Shown here: piece after piece, positions 1 through 13,528 of the stretch
Numbering within the stretch: position 1 is the stretch's first letter
Layout: the number at the start of each line of letters is the position of its first letter
NCBI GenBank assembly: GCA_905178155.1
Contig: CAJINV010000012.1
Location: 2,006,618-2,070,617 of the forward strand
Direction: 5' to 3'
DNA: 64,000 nt
Origin: Amoebophrya sp. A120
Taxonomy: Eukaryota; Protista; Dinoflagellata
Program-made: the position numbers and the translations under genes
The notes under the pieces: generated by a model
Seen by the model: only the letters and a program-made list of their open reading frames with translations
Databases searched by the model: none
Told to the model about the DNA's origin: nothing

Positions 1-442
1 TCTCCCTTTAAAAGAAGTTGTTTCTCGGCTTGAAGTATGCGATGTTTCGGTTTGAACTATTAACATTTCGGATCGAAATACTTATAAAGAAAAACGGAAA
101 TGCAAAAATCGCAGCTCGAAAAATTACAACTTTCAAATGCAAAAATCACAAGTTCGGATCAAAAGTCATTTTTTGCGAAGAGCTGTTTTCTTGATTTCAA
201 AGGGTCGTTTATGGTCTACTTTTCTAAGTTGTCCATTCATAGTCGTCCTGGCACGTAAATATTAAAAACATCAGCAGAAGATATGACGTTCTGCTCGAAT
301 CATTTCTACAACAGCTCCTTCCAAGGCAATTGTTCAATATCGACGCAACTACCGACTGTCATTTTTGCTAGCGGTACCGCCTCCTTGTATGCTGGCTTGA
401 CAACAAATAAAACGTGACTCTTGAAATCAAAAGCACCTACTT

Positions 443-1024
443 CTACTTCACCTCCCCCTTATCCCCTGCCACAGTCTCCGCCCCGATGCCGTTCTCGGCG
501 ACAAATTTTGAAAGCTTCCCGCGCCAGGCAGTAGCTTCAGGGTGGAGGAGGTCTGCAGCTTCGTCACTTGTCTCCTGTAGCGGCCGTCCTGCAGTTGTTG
601 CATCTGCACGGGCATCTTGGAGGTCCCCGCGGTCTTTTGGATAATGATCCTCATCCCCATCCTCCGCCTGTTCCTCCAGTTCGGTTGCTTCTGCTTCCAC
701 GCCGGAGGAAGAAGAGTTTTCCTCGCCAGCGCCGGTGGTCATTTTTTGTCCCGCCGGGGGGGCAGTTGTACTGGTTATGGCTTTGTTCTCGTCCTGCTCA
801 AGTAACAGTTTGTTGAGCCGCGCAATCTCCGCCTTGTGCGCGAGGCTGGCCTCCTCATGCAAAAGTTGTAACTGTTGCATGTTCGCGGCCATCTGGACCA
901 AGGCTTCTTCGACTCGCTTGCTATGCGCCTTTTCGTCTTCCAACGCCTCCCGGAGCTCGGCTATTTCATCCTGCTGCTCGGGGCAGGGAGTGGAGGACGT
1001 GGGTACTGGTAGTGCAGCGGACAT
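443..1024 (-). CDS. Hypothetical coiled-coil protein, probably the first exon of a gene continuing left
   Basis: 193-aa ORF with a heptad/E-rich segment (EIAELREALEDEK...); possible GT donor near 451. Confidence 0.5.
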   Translation of the reverse strand: MSAALPVPTSSTPCPEQQDEIAELREALEDEKAHSKRVEEALVQMAANMQQLQLLHEEASLAHKAEIARLNKLLLEQDENKAITSTTAPPAGQKMTTGAGEENSSSSGVEAEATELEEQAEDGDEDHYPKDRGDLQDARADATTAGRPLQETSDEAADLLHPEATAWRGKLSKFVAENGIGAETVAGDKGEVK

Positions 1025-4000
1025 TTTGCTTTTTGCTTCGTTGGGTTTCCTTTTGCTTTTTTATTTTGGAGTCGAAAGTGTGTTCTGCACAAAGTGTTGA
1101 GGAGCGACAATGCGTCGCTATCTCGCTTTGTAAGTGACGCTCACTGTGCTAAGCAATTTTCGCAGTTTTTGGTCTCTCTGATGTTAACTGCACGGCGGGC
1201 CGCGTCACAAGAGCTTGTTCTACGGAACGTCTATTCTCATTTCGGTTTGGGCTCTCCACGCAAATATTCTTGTCGAAGCAGGTGGAAGTTGCCGCGGGTA
1301 TGGGGCGAGCGTCATCTTCGCGGTGGCCCAGTTTGGGTTTGTAGAACAATGACAAGCCAAGTTGAAACGGAAACACGCACTTCAATCAACGAAAACGCAC
1401 ACGCTTGCTTCGGGGCAATCACCGATACATCGTGTTGCCGACACTCACACTTCTGCTGCATGGCCGTCAAACCCTCGCTCCCCGACAAGACCGACAATGA
1501 CAGGGACATGCCCAAACCAATCAAAACGACAAGAAAAGTAGAGGTAGAACAGGAAAAGCACAAGGCAGATACAGACACCTCGGTCGGGGCACGAAATTCC
1601 AAATTCGACGCAGCCGCCCCGCGCGGAGGAGCCAGTGCTTACCAGCACACAAAGGGAGACCATTCTTGTCGCGGAGGCAGGGACGAACGGCAAAGGCGTT
1701 TCTTCACCTCGTCCTGCCAAGCCCGCCGGCTCTCTTCGGCGTGTGCGGCGGGCCGCCCCGTTGAAAGTGAGGCTGCAAATAAGAAAGGGTCCGCGCCCTA
1801 AGGCCAAAATAACAGGAAGGACCCGGGCCAAGTCCGCGCCCCGAACCGGTGCGCGCCCCTTGATGGGAAACCGCGGCGCCGGGCGAAATTCCCCAAGAGA
1901 CAGAGAGAACAAACACAGACCCCGGGGCGCACCTGCGGGCCAATGCCAGCGCGCCAAGGGAGCACATCCATGCAGGCTGGCAGCCAGGCAGCCGGCGCGC
2001 GGCAGGCCGGGCCCGGGCGGGGGGGCGGCGGGCCGGTCGGGCGGACGCGGCGCAGACGGCCGGCAAGCGCGCAGCTTCTGCGCCGAAATTAGTGGGGGGC
2101 CCTTCCTTCGTCCTCTGCTTCGGCGCTTAATTGGCGGACGGAGCTGGCAGCTTCGGCCAAAGCGGCGCCGCCGCCGTTTCCGCGGATGTTGTAAGGGCAA
2201 CACCCGCGGAAAGAAAGCTGGGGCACCGGGCCCCAAGCCCAAGCCCTCGTAGCCGATATGGGCCCGCCATGAGACAGAAGGGCGCGGGCGCCAAACGCTC
2301 GCGGGCGGTGGCGGCCAATCGGCGGAATGGGCAACGTCCTGCGTCAAAGTTGTTTGTCGCACTCTGATGATACCGCAGCGCGGTCGCCACTGGTATGGTC
2401 GAGGGGGGCGCGAGTTGGTTGCCGAAAAGGCGCCACGTTCACGATTTGCGTGCGCCAAAGACTCCGGGCCAACCTTTGCCCGTGTGTGTCACTGCAGCGG
2501 GCGACGTCGGGGCGCCTTTGAATCGCCGGCATTGCAAGCCAGCCTGCCGGCCGGCTCCGCCGGCGGATCTGAGGAGCCCGCGCGGGGCCTCCGCGGCCTC
2601 GGCATTCCGCCTGGCAAGCAGCGCGGGCCCGGGCCGAATGGCCCGGCGAAGCGGGGCACTTGGCGCCCCCCTATGGGTAAAACGCTCCCGCGCCAGCGCC
2701 ATCGCCAAAACCCCCCGGCTCGGCCGTCCACAAATTGCCGACGGCAAACACAACGGCCGAACGGCCGACGGCGCCGCTCGGATACGGCAAGCCCTCGAGT
2801 CCTGCGGCGAAATTACGGGCGGCGCTTTTCAATTCGCTCCCATTGACAAAGAAACGCCCCAAGCTGCAAAGCTACACCTGAATGACTAGCACACACCCAC
2901 CTCGAGTACGAGTACATACTGGCTAGAAGAGAACACGGCTCGTTTTCTGAGGCCACAAATGCGCCGTTTCTTTTGAGATCGCCTCTGGTGTAAAACAACA
3001 TTTATCTTCAGCGAGCACATTGTACAAGAACGCACGTCTAATCTGTCACCAGCTGTGGGCACACATCTCGGGTCGTTTGCAAATTCTAGGGAGATAATTG
3101 TACAAATACACACTACTCTTGGTTTCTTGTGAGACTTCTGTAAACGATCAAATAGTAAGCTCAAGTTGTCAAATTGTAGCTCAGTAAACTGGTCGAATCA
3201 CCGTCGGTCTGAGGACCGGCGGAGATTGATCGTACGGAAACGGAAACTGTCACACAAAAGTTTTCAAATAACATATGGGAGGTTTCGTTTGATTTCTAAT
3301 ATTTGCACCGTCGTGCGCTTATCGTGCAATAATCGAAAGAAACATTGGTGTGAAGAATATTCGTCTTGCTATTGTTCAAGCTAGGAGAGTCGGAATTCTG
3401 ATTCTGCCGTCGTTGCGCAACGATTTCTTTCGCTGGTCACGTGACTACCGCAGCCATGCTTTAGACGAAGAACTGCTGGCTTCTACTTCTCACTGCATCT
3501 AGTTTTAAAGGTTGCCGGTAGTCCTGTACTTTTCGTTTTTGTTAAGACCTTTACCTTATTTTTCAGCTTAGTTAGTATCTCTAATTATTCTTCATTACTT
3601 TGGAGGCCGTTTAATTTTGTCAGTACAAACTTTCTGCTTTTAGTCCACATACATTTTGATGAAACCCGTTTGCTAAGATAGTGCTTCTGGAGAAGCAACA
3701 ACTTGAAGCCTCTGCCGCGTATCTGTTTTTTAGTAATCTGCTAGAGTGTGTATTGTTCGTAATCGTATCAAGAGCGGTAGAAATAGAATTGAAAGCGATA
3801 GCATGAAACTACTACTAGCTCACGAAATTCAAATAGAAGCTCAGGCTCAACACTTCGCCAGCATCGAGTATTTTTCCTACGGTTGGTTCTGTTTTGATTT
3901 GGTACAACTAGCTCATCGAAACTACTGATGATCGATGTTATTTTGCGATCATCATGCGGGTACAACGAATTTCTCTGAGTCTTCAACTTTCTTGGAATAC

Positions 4001-4067
4001 CGAAACTGCAGCTCCGCCAATCGTGGAGGCATCAACAGCGGTAACTCCACCTCGAGTTTCGAATTAG

Positions 4068-7000
4068 CTACAATCCCGGTAACCAATCGAAGAAGCTGCT
4101 CGGCGGTTCCACGGGAGCGGAGTCAAAGATGCCCGAACTGCTACCGGCACCGGAAGAGTTCAATGCCTGCGACTGCTGCAGCTGCCGCTCCTTGGAACTG
4201 GCGGACAGATTCGCACTGCTACCCGCAGAAGAAGCCGATCCCATCATCGCCCGCTCAATCGACTTTCGCCGCTCCTGGCGGAGTCTGGTAAGCAAATCCT
4301 GGTCCACCGAGTTGTACTGTAACTGCTGTGTCATGACCGCTATGCGTTGCAAAAATATCGTGTTTAGTAGGAATTGCAATAAAGTACAATTCTTTTCAAA
4401 AGGAAGAAATAGAATTTGTCATGCTAATTGAGGACGAAAAGTAGATTTGTCATGCGTAACCGCAATTGCAATTCATGCGATTGCAGCGATACTTTGCAAT
4501 GCATAGCCGAAGATTGCGACACCCGCCTCGGCGCGTCGTCGTGCGCGTGTCGCACGTTGTGCTCGTAATCCCGGTTCGTCAGGATCGTCTCCGCTTCGGA
4601 AATCGCTTTTGACACATTCCGGTCGTACTGCTGGTCTTGTTGCTGCTGGAAGACGTGCAGCGGGTAGTTGTTATTTGCAACAACTCCACGATTCATCTGT
4701 AAGGCCGACGATGAATTGTCGAAAGCGCTTTGCTGGTGGTGGGAAGAAGACGTCAGGTGGTCCGCATTGTCCACTGTAACTACTCCCGACGGTGCGCCGT
4801 AGCTCGGCCCGGGGGAAAGTCTTCTCCTGCCCCTCCCTCTGGGTGGCGTCCTGGAATGCGGATAATTCTGGCCGCCCAGACTTACACCAGGACTGCCGCG
4901 ACTGTCGAGCGTGTGATTGAAAGCCTGGTGGGAGAAGTTGTTGTCGGTAATCAGATGTTGCGGAGTTCCAGCGTGTTGACCATAGTTGCTGCTGATCGTT
5001 ACCGCGGGGAGCAGATTCGGGTCAGAGTCCGGTAACAAAACCTGCTGCTGATGCCCCGCTGGTGGTCCGGAGTAGAAGTGAAAATCGGCGTTGTTTCCGG
5101 ACGGTCCGTTGTTCATAACCCGTGTCGCGGTGCTGGAACTTGAAGTGGTACTGCCTGGAGCTACTGTGCCTGTTGCTGACCCCGGACCACGAAGATGAGT
5201 TTGTTGGTGATAAATCTCCACCGTGGGCAGGCTTCCCTGCAGGTTGTGCCCGGTGATCGGTGCGTCTTGGGGGGTTGCAAAGTTGTGTCCTCCAGCAGCT
5301 GTAGTGGCGCCATTGTTGTAAACAATCGCCACGGGGAAAGGATGCTGATGCAAAGAACCTTCTTGCTCTTGTTGCTGGTGGCTTGTCACACTTCTCAGCT
5401 CCTGCTGCTTCTTCACGGGAGAATAAGTGGACCGTGTTTCCGGACGGTAACTGCTGACCGGCAATGTAACCCGCTCCGGGTAGTGCAACTGTATCGGCGT
5501 TATCAAATTCGTGCTTGAATTGGAGTATGCGCTGCAAAAGTATCGTACTCGTAGTAATTGCTGCTAAACAGCATTACAAGTTTTATTTGTAATGCTGAGC
5601 GAATTTGTAATGCAACTTATACTAGGTAGTACGATGCTTTTGCACAGGATATGGAGTTCGAATTCTGTTGGCTGTCAGCCCCTGCGGCCTGCTGGTACGA
5701 TTTCACGGTGCTGAAATCGGTTGTCGTGACTTGTCCGCCGGTCTTCAGGACCGTCGCTGCTGTGATTTCTTCATTGGCGTTACTCGCGAAGTCGGCCTGG
5801 TGGTCAGCAGTTGTTGTTTGCAGCGCTTGCTGCATCGCCGGAATCTGGGCCAGCTCCTGCTCGACTTGCTGCTGCATTTTGTTCACAGCATCGTGCGCCA
5901 GGTGGGTGTTGGAAGTAGAAGATACTGCACCAGGAGCTCCTTGTGCTGAAGCAGATGATACTGTTTTGCTACCACTGGCTGCCGGACTGCTGCTTTTCGC
6001 TGCTGGCGAGCCCTGTTGTCCCATCGAGCTCGCGCCGACCATCTGGTCCATCTGCACCGTCTGCAGCAAAGCGCCGATCGCTGACTTCCGAAGTTGGTCT
6101 GTTCGAGATCTTTCCTGCAGGAGCTGCCGTGTGTCTTCCAATTGCTGCTCCGCTACCGCCAGCTGCTGCCTTGTCATATCTAGTTCGTACTTGTAGCCCT
6201 GGCCTTGGTGCGCGAGTTTCCTTTGGTAGGGTGATTTTTCAAATTTGTTTTCAACAGTGCAATCCACCTCCAACATAATTTGCAGAAGCATCATCTTCCT
6301 CACGACAACGATATTTCTAATTCTAACCATGTCGACCCTAGAGATCCACCATGAGATAGAGATTCTACTGTTAGTAGAAGCCTAGAAGTGGATCAACATC
6401 TCGTCGTTGCTAGAAGCACATGCTGATACGTGGACGATGAAAGGTCGTGTTGAAAGAACGAAGATAGTCCACAGCAGAATTTCTTCTACCTAGCGTCATC
6501 CCGCTCGGCAACCAGCCTTTCCTGCGTCTCCTCCCATTTTCTCTGCGCTTCCAGATGAGAATCCCCCTTCTTCATGATTGTCAAGCTCTGGCCGTCTATC
6601 TCGGTTTCGAGCGTTTCTGTATAATTTCAGTGTTGAATGCAAATAAGCTGCATGAACGTGACGTGATGGTGGATTTATTACTGTATAACACAACTCAATT
6701 TCACTTTTTTTACGATCAAACTGTAGAACATCAAAACGACGTGAGAAGTCAAAAAATACCGATTTTCTTTGCGTATTCTTCGGTTTTTTTCCGCAAATCT
6801 TCTCGCATCTCCCGCACCTCTTCTGTGTGTGTTTTGGTCAGTGCGTCGATCTCGGTCTTCAATTCGTCCACCGCCGTCTCTTTCTCCTCGTGCAACTTCA
6901 CCGAATGCCCCCGCAGCTGCTGAATCGCCGCGGAATGCTGCTTCACCGAATTGGACAAGTCGTGGGCGTTGGTTTTTTCCGTCTCCAAATCCCGCTTCAA

Positions 7001-10000
7001 AATTTCGATCTCGTTCTCCCTTTCTTTCAACGTAGAAGTGACTTCGCTGTTCAGCTGTCGCATCTTCGTGAGCAGGTCTTTCAGCTCCTCGTTGGTCTTT
7101 TCTGCACCAGAGTAGGAAGCGGAAAGGTCGGAGTAGCTGCGATTTTTAATTGAATACGATCTGCATCTTCAATGCGGTATTCTATGCAACGCTGCAAAGA
7201 AGGCACGCATTATCTCTCTCATGTTCATCTCGTCGTGCGTAGAGGGAAGTAATGCGCCGCACCACGACCAATTCAAACAACCACAAAATACGCTTTCTCC
7301 TGGTTTTCCCGATACGCAACAGCTTCCTTTTCCAATTTCTCGTTGCTTTTCTCTAATGCCGCCTTCTCGATCTGCAAACTTTTTATCGATTCAACGTTGG
7401 CTATGTGCACCACACGCAGCTCAGCCGCCGCCATCCGTTCTCGTTCGAGTATGAGTGTGCACAACTCCGCCTCCCCCTCATTTGTCATGCAAAAAACCAC
7501 ATGCGCCCCATGCCTCTCGGCACTTTTCGCATGACAAGTTCTGGATGCTCAATCAGCACTACAATCTTCCGGGGTGAATTTGTCACGCAAAGCCTGCACT
7601 CTTGCCGACGCTTGTATTGCTGTTGGTGCCATACAAATGAGGGGGAGGGTGAGTTGTGCACCCTCGTATCGAGTTCCCCGACTGTGGAAGCGAACTTGTC
7701 CATGTGATGCTCCTCCCGCTTAGATTGCTCTACACGCCCCACCTCGAGAGCTTGGAGCTGATAATTTTGGTTTTTATTCATTGCATAGGATTTTGATTTT
7801 CGATGCAGAATGAGTAGTAGAAATGCAAAACCGAAAATGAACCAGAATCAACCAAATGCAAAAAAGCCGGCGCACAGAATCAAGACAGGGCTGTCTTTGA
7901 AGGCACAATAGAAGTACTACTGCGATCCGAAACACGAGCCAGCATCATCTCTCGCTCGATAAAAATACCTTTTCTGCCATGACGAGGCGTTCCTGGTCAA
8001 ACGAGCGCATTCTGTCCTCCATGAAGCGAACCTGCTCCTCCGCGGCTTTTCTGTCATCACGTAACTATCCAAGAAAAAAAGTGAGTAAGTGTAACTTTTT
8101 TGCAGGAACAGCATCACAGATTTGTTCTGCATGACAAAGAAAACCTGTCATGCGTAACTAGTACCAGTACGCGAAAACACGTATTGAAATAGCCTCCGCT
8201 CTGATGTTGCATACCCAGCATGACAAGTGTAACTGTATTGCAACATCTGCAAGGCAAAGTTACACTTACACAGTTTTTTTCTTGCATAATAGCCTTTTCC
8301 TCTCTACTTCCATCTCTTCCGTTTCGGACTTCTCCAGCGTGACCAACTTCATGTGCTCCGTGTGCAGCTCGTCGTGCTCTTTCTTCATCCTTTCAATGTC
8401 CTGCTTCAACACCGTGATCTCGGTTTGGTACTGTTCCCGTTCGTGGATGAATTCCCGCAGTTCTCCCGACAGCGTGTCTCTTTCGATCACGTAATTCGCC
8501 ACCTCCTCGCGGTTCGCCTCCTTCGCCTCCTCCACTTGAATTTTCAGTTTCTCGATTTCCTGCGCCTTTTCCTCTAATTTTTGCTCTACACCCAGTCTTT
8601 CGTGGTCCTTGTCGGCGATTTTCTGTTTCCACTTCGTCTCTTCTAACTGCAGTTTCTCCTGCGAGTTGTTCTGTTCCTCGAAAAACGCAGTTTTGGACTT
8701 CGCAATTTCCTGTTCGAGGAACGCCTTCTGTTCGGCAAGTTGCTTGTGGAACGCTTTCTGCTTCAATTTCTCGTTCTCCTCGATCTCCTTTAGCTGCTTG
8801 TTGTGCGCCTCCACCAGCGCCTCAATTTTGGCTTGCAGGGCGGAATTCACAGTGGTCAGGGAAACCACACGCTGCTCCATGGAGGCGATCTGAAAAAAAT
8901 GAAGTATGGGAATTTCATCTCTGCATATTTTGACAAATGAACAACTACACATAGTTAGACTTACCATGCCTATCATGGCACGGTGCATCACAAGACGGGC
9001 TCGGGGATGAAGATTTAGCACCTGTAAGAAAAATTTCTAAACTTTTCTCCATACCTGAACATCAAAGTTCTCCCGTAACTTTTCGACCTCCTCTTCCTGA
9101 GCCCGATACACCACCTGGCTCTCGTGTAACAGTTCCCGTAACCGGCTCGCTTCTGCCCGCCCGCGCGAGCACTCCACCGCCAATGAGTTGAAGGACTTCT
9201 GCAAGTCTTTGATCAAGTCCACTCTCTGCGGCAGTTCCGGATCCAGGAAACGGAACAGGTTCACCCGAAGTTCCTCCCTTGCACGCTCCGCTTGCTCCAG
9301 CGTGTTGTAGCGAACTGTGATTTCATGATCATGTCGCGATCCTTTTTTCGTGGAGCCTCAAGCTACAATGCGTATATGACAGCACGGCAACAATCAATAT
9401 CATGATGATGAAAACTATCGGAAGAGGACAAGACTGCTACAACAACACTCCTCCACTATACTCTCCTGATCCCGCAGCTTCACTGTGAGAAATCTTGCGT
9501 TGTCCTTTTCCCAGGCCAAGTACTTTTCAATCGACACTTTGCTGTTTCGGATAATCTCGATGTGCCGCATATGCAATGTAAATTTCCTGTACATGTACAA
9601 AATGCATGACAAATTTCGCTACATTGCAGAGTCCAACTTGTCATGCTGGACTAGGATTGAAGGCAAGTTTTGTCATGCAGAGACTGCATATGTACGTGTA
9701 CGGGAAATTTCCTGTGGATACGGCAGCCCGGACTTTTCCTTGGACCCGTTCACGCCGCTCGCTGGTATGATAATCTTATCCTGTGCAAAAGTATCGCACT
9801 CGTATGAATTGCAGGTATGCATGACAAATCTGGTTTCCTACCCAAATCTGCATTACAAATTCCAATTTTCTTCCTGATAAAATTTGTCATGCGATTTATA
9901 CTAGTAAGTACGATACTTTTGCAATGCATAAATCTTCTCCTTCTCCGCTTGTCTCGAGCTCGAGCTCGATGCTGACGACGCAGTGCTGTATTTGTTTTTC

Positions 10001-13000
10001 TGCATATTATTCACGCGCGATGCCGGTGCGAATGTCATCGCCGCGTTTGCGGCCGTTGTCTGCGCCGCCAGCAGCTGTGTAGCGGCCACAGACGTTGCAG
10101 TGGCATTTGGCAACATGAAGGAAGTAGAACCGGTGGCCGCAGAGGACGATGCAGAAAGGTCGTTGTGGGCGTTAGAAGCAGGAGGAGCCACTGCTAATGG
10201 TGCGAAGTTGCTGCTAGCCACTGCTGCATAATTAACCGCGTTCGTCGTTGGTCTTGCACCTCCTGCCTTATCGAGTTTTGAAACGTTGATTTCCTTCTCG
10301 GGTTCCGCAAGAGAAGCCGGTGCTCCTGCCCCAGCTGCCACATTCTGTTCTTCCGCTGCTTCAAAATACGTGGCCGCAACTTCCAGCCGTCTCTTTTCTT
10401 CCTGCTCGTCTATTTCCTCTTGTTCTCGGAAGTAGCTGTTTACTCTTGCATCCAGAATGGTCTGCTGTAGTCCCGTCGTTTCCTTCGCCTGCGTCGCAGC
10501 CATTCTACTCACCGTCATCGCAGCTTTAGTTGTAGTACTTTCTTGATGCTCAAGAACATCATCCAACTCCTCTTTGCTGTGATCGTTTTCCTTATCGTTA
10601 TCCTCCTCCTCGTATCCTGTGCAAAAGTATCGTACTCGTATAAATGCAGGTCTTGCATTACAAATTTCTTTGTCGACGAAAATCAGCATTACAAATTTTA
10701 TTTCTCATGCTGAGAAAATTTGTAATGCATTTATACGAGTACGATACTTTTGCAGTTCATACCTCGGTCACAATTGCAACGTTCGCCGCAATCGCAACTT
10801 CGTCCCCGTTATGGACTGCAAAAATGTCTGGGTCTGGAAGGTTGGAACTTGTGATGCTAACTTTGGACTCTAAAAACTTCTGTATTGCATGACCAGCAAG
10901 AGGAGTCCGGTTTGTGCTACGCGTGGAGGGCATTTGTCATGCGGAATAGGCATCAGGAAGGCCTCTAAAAATCTGTGATGCTAGGGCTTCCATGACAGAC
11001 ATTCTGTGTCATGCAAAAACAGCATAACAAATTTCGGATTCTTCCAGACCCAGACATTTTTGCAATCCATACCCGTTCTCACCGCCCTCTATCCTTTCGA
11101 AGATCATTTTCGTGGTCACTCCGACCGATTTATCAAATGTAAAAATGTCTGGGTCTGGAAGATTGCAACTTGTCATGCTAAATCAGCAGCATGCAAAAAT
11201 CTGTGTTGCATGATGGCCAAAAGTCGTCCAGTTTTGACCAAGTCGGGAGGTAGTTTCTCATGCAGGATAGGCATTAGAAAGGTCTCGCAGAATCTGTCAT
11301 GCTAGGTCCTGCATTCCAGACCTCATGGCGGGTCATGGAAAAGCAGCATGACAAATCGCGCATTCTTCCAGACCCAGACATTTCTGCATTTGATACGATT
11401 CGGCGATCTTCTCCGGGGCAGCTTTCACAAACTCCTCCGCTTCGAGAAACTTTTCGTCTACTTGTAGTTCATCGTCCTGTGCGGGTGCTGGGGGTGCGGC
11501 TTTCGGATCTTCCAAAGCGGCCGCGCCAAGTGGTGGGCCTCCAATAGGGTTTTGGATTGGCGGTCCTGATCGCGCTTCTTCGTTCTCCATTGACATAATT
11601 GCGTCGTCTTCTACAATCATCTCGGTACTTCTGTAAAACTCCGCTTGCTCTTCCTCTTCATCTCCACCCGCAGCTACTAGTACACCCTGCTCTACTACTG
11701 CCGACGCATCTTCATCTTCTTTGACCTGCGCCCCTGTTGCGCCATCTGGATCCGTGCCGTCCTCGCTATCAAATGTAAAAATGTCTGGGTCTGGAAGATT
11801 GCAACTTGTCATGCTGTTTTTGCACTCTAAAAAAATTTGTATTGCATGACCAGCAAGATTGGTATAATCTGTGCTACACGGACAGGGCATTTCTCATGCG
11901 GATGGTGCATTAGGAAGCCCTCTAAAAGTCTGCGATGCTAAGTCATGCATTACATGCATCATGGGTCATGAGAAATATGCATGACAAATCTTGCATTCTT
12001 CCAGACCCAGACATTTTTACATTTGATACTCGCCGTAGTAAAGCAAAACCGCACTGTTCTGGACGTTCCCGTGCCTTTGCTGGTCGATCCGCAATGCTTC
12101 CGCGGAGGTCGGCGGCGGGAGCCGGTATTTCAGCAACTCTTCGTTTTGAAACAACTCCGGAGGAAGGAAGATGTTCATATTCTTTGTCGCTTCTTGCGGC
12201 TGACTGCTAGTACTTGTTTTCCCTCCACCACGACTAGAAGAAGACGAGCTCGAACTCGTCGTCCCACTAGCGCTACTGCTGCCCACGCTCGTACTGGAAC
12301 TAGAGTTGGAAAGGGATAAAGAGTTGCTGCTAGTACTGTGCTTGTTGTTGTTCCCCTTGGTCTTCTCGCCGGCCGCAGCTACTCCATTGGTGGTGGAACT
12401 GGATGCTGATGTACTTGTTGAATAAGTGTTTTTATCCTTATCCGTCCAGTGATTGATCTGCCTGGGTCCAAATCCCGGCGTCTGTGTCCCGTTTTTGTTC
12501 GCTTGGAGATACAGCCTGCCACGGCCGCCTGGGACAAATGATGAAGAAGTTGCTGAAGTTGATGTTGTGCCGGCACTATTACTTACTTTCGCGGTCGTTG
12601 CAGAAAACGCTCGGGTCGTGGTGGAGGTCGCATTTGCTGCTGCTGCGGCTGCTACCGAGTAGTGGTTGTTCTTACTGTTTGCACCGAGATGTAGTTGTGC
12701 TGCTGTCGTCGCCCCTGCTCGCGGTGACGGAGCGCCAGTGCTCTTTTGTTTTGGTTTTGCGTCAGAACCTCCTCGTCGTGTCGAAGAACCTGAAGATGAC
12801 CTGCTCGAAGTAGAGGACGCAGAGACCACCTTCTGTGTAGTAGGAGCACTGACGAGGCTAGAAGAAGTGCTCTGACGCACTTGCATCAAACTTCCGTTTT
12901 TACTGCTGTTCATCCCGCCAGGTACAACATTTGGAGCCGTCGTCCCCGTTGCCTGTTCTTGCGGCATTACGTGCCGCGGCTCATCCGGGGACGCCAGCGA

Positions 13001-13261
13001 AATTTTCGCTGCGGGGTTGGATTTGGATGTTGTCGCAGATTTGTTCCTCATTTTCGGCTCCAGTATGATCACGGGTTTCACGTCGGAAAAGTACATGTTA
13101 CCGATTTCTTGTGTTGTGTACGTCGCTGTACGCGAAAATTTTTTCTCGTATACTCCGCCCGTGCCTAAACATGTTTTTGCTTCTTTAAAAATTTCGCAAA
13201 AGGTAAAGATCTCGCGAAACCGCGGGTGAAAGTCGTGGCGAACGAAGCAACTTCTCGACAT
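4068..13261 (-). CDS. Large multi-exon low-complexity/coiled-coil protein (10 IEs plus conventional introns); start uncertain
   Basis: ORFs from 12017-13261 down to 4068-4379 join in frame when IE+5 nt is removed (e.g. NSNS|NSSTNLITP, GEL|ERER, KRL|RDDR); GT-AG introns at 9022-9054, 8890-8964, ~7758-7968; some junctions unresolved. Confidence 0.6.
4341..4505. mobile_element. IE family A-like, degenerate
   Basis: TATGCGTTGCAAAA...TTTGCAATGCATA; flanks ACCGC/GCCGA (3/5). Confidence 0.75.
5526..5651. mobile_element. IE family A
   Basis: TATGCGCTGCAAAAGTATCG...GCACAGGATA; DR TGGAG. Confidence 0.9.
7450..7668. mobile_element. IE family C
   Basis: TATGAGTGTGCACAACTC...GAGTTGTGCACCCTCGTA; DR TCGAG. 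Confidence 0.9.
8066..8288. mobile_element. IE family D
   Basis: TATCCAAGAAAAAAA...TTTTTTTCTTGCATA; flanks GTAAC/ATAGC (3/5). Confidence 0.85.
9570..9720. mobile_element. IE family E
   Basis: TATGCAATGTAAATTTCC...GGAAATTTCCTGTGGATA; flanks CCGCA/CGGCA. Confidence 0.9.
9777..9930. mobile_element. IE family A
   Basis: TATCCTGTGCAAAAG...CTTTTGCAATGCATA; DR AATCT. Confidence 0.9.
10613..10761. mobile_element. IE family A
   Basis: TATCCTGTGCAAAAGTATCGTACTCG...GCAGTTCATA; DR CCTCG. Confidence 0.92.
10810..11071. mobile_element. IE family B
   Basis: TATGGACTGCAAAAATGTCTGGGTCTGGAAG TIR; DR CCCGT. Confidence 0.92.
11131..11395. mobile_element. IE family B
   Basis: TATCAAATGTAAAAATGTCTGGGTCTGG TIR; DR CGATT. 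Confidence 0.92.
11767..12028. mobile_element. IE family B
   Basis: Family B TIR; DR CTCGC. Confidence 0.92.
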
Positions 13262-13528
13262 TTGCTTTTGGCTTTTGCCGACTAGAATCGGCTACTTCAT
13301 CTCTCAAGCTCTGCCTGGCTTCTTCTCTCACGAACACTCAAAGCATAAGCACGAATACGATGTTTGCTATGATTTCTTTCAAACGAAAGTTCTTTAGCTT
13401 TAGCGCGTACAACGATGACACTGCGAACATTGAAGCACAAACTTGCTACTTTGCGTGAAGGCTGCAAAAGCTGGACGATGCGAAAGCAGTGCGATTTCGT
13501 AAAAATGTCTTACTCTTATATCTTATTC

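Noticed and set aside
1-420. AT-rich stretch with short repeats (AAATGCAAAAATC x2)
   Set aside because: Probably intronic or a truncated repeat; boundaries lie outside the window
1094-2889. Long overlapping ORFs in the GC-rich island
   Set aside because: Stop-codon scarcity due to GC content; no recognisable domain
10613-12028. Repeats separated by short unique spacers, superficially CRISPR-like
   Set aside because: The repeats are inverted ends of 150-270 bp elements and the spacers are in-frame exons; no cas genes; eukaryotic context
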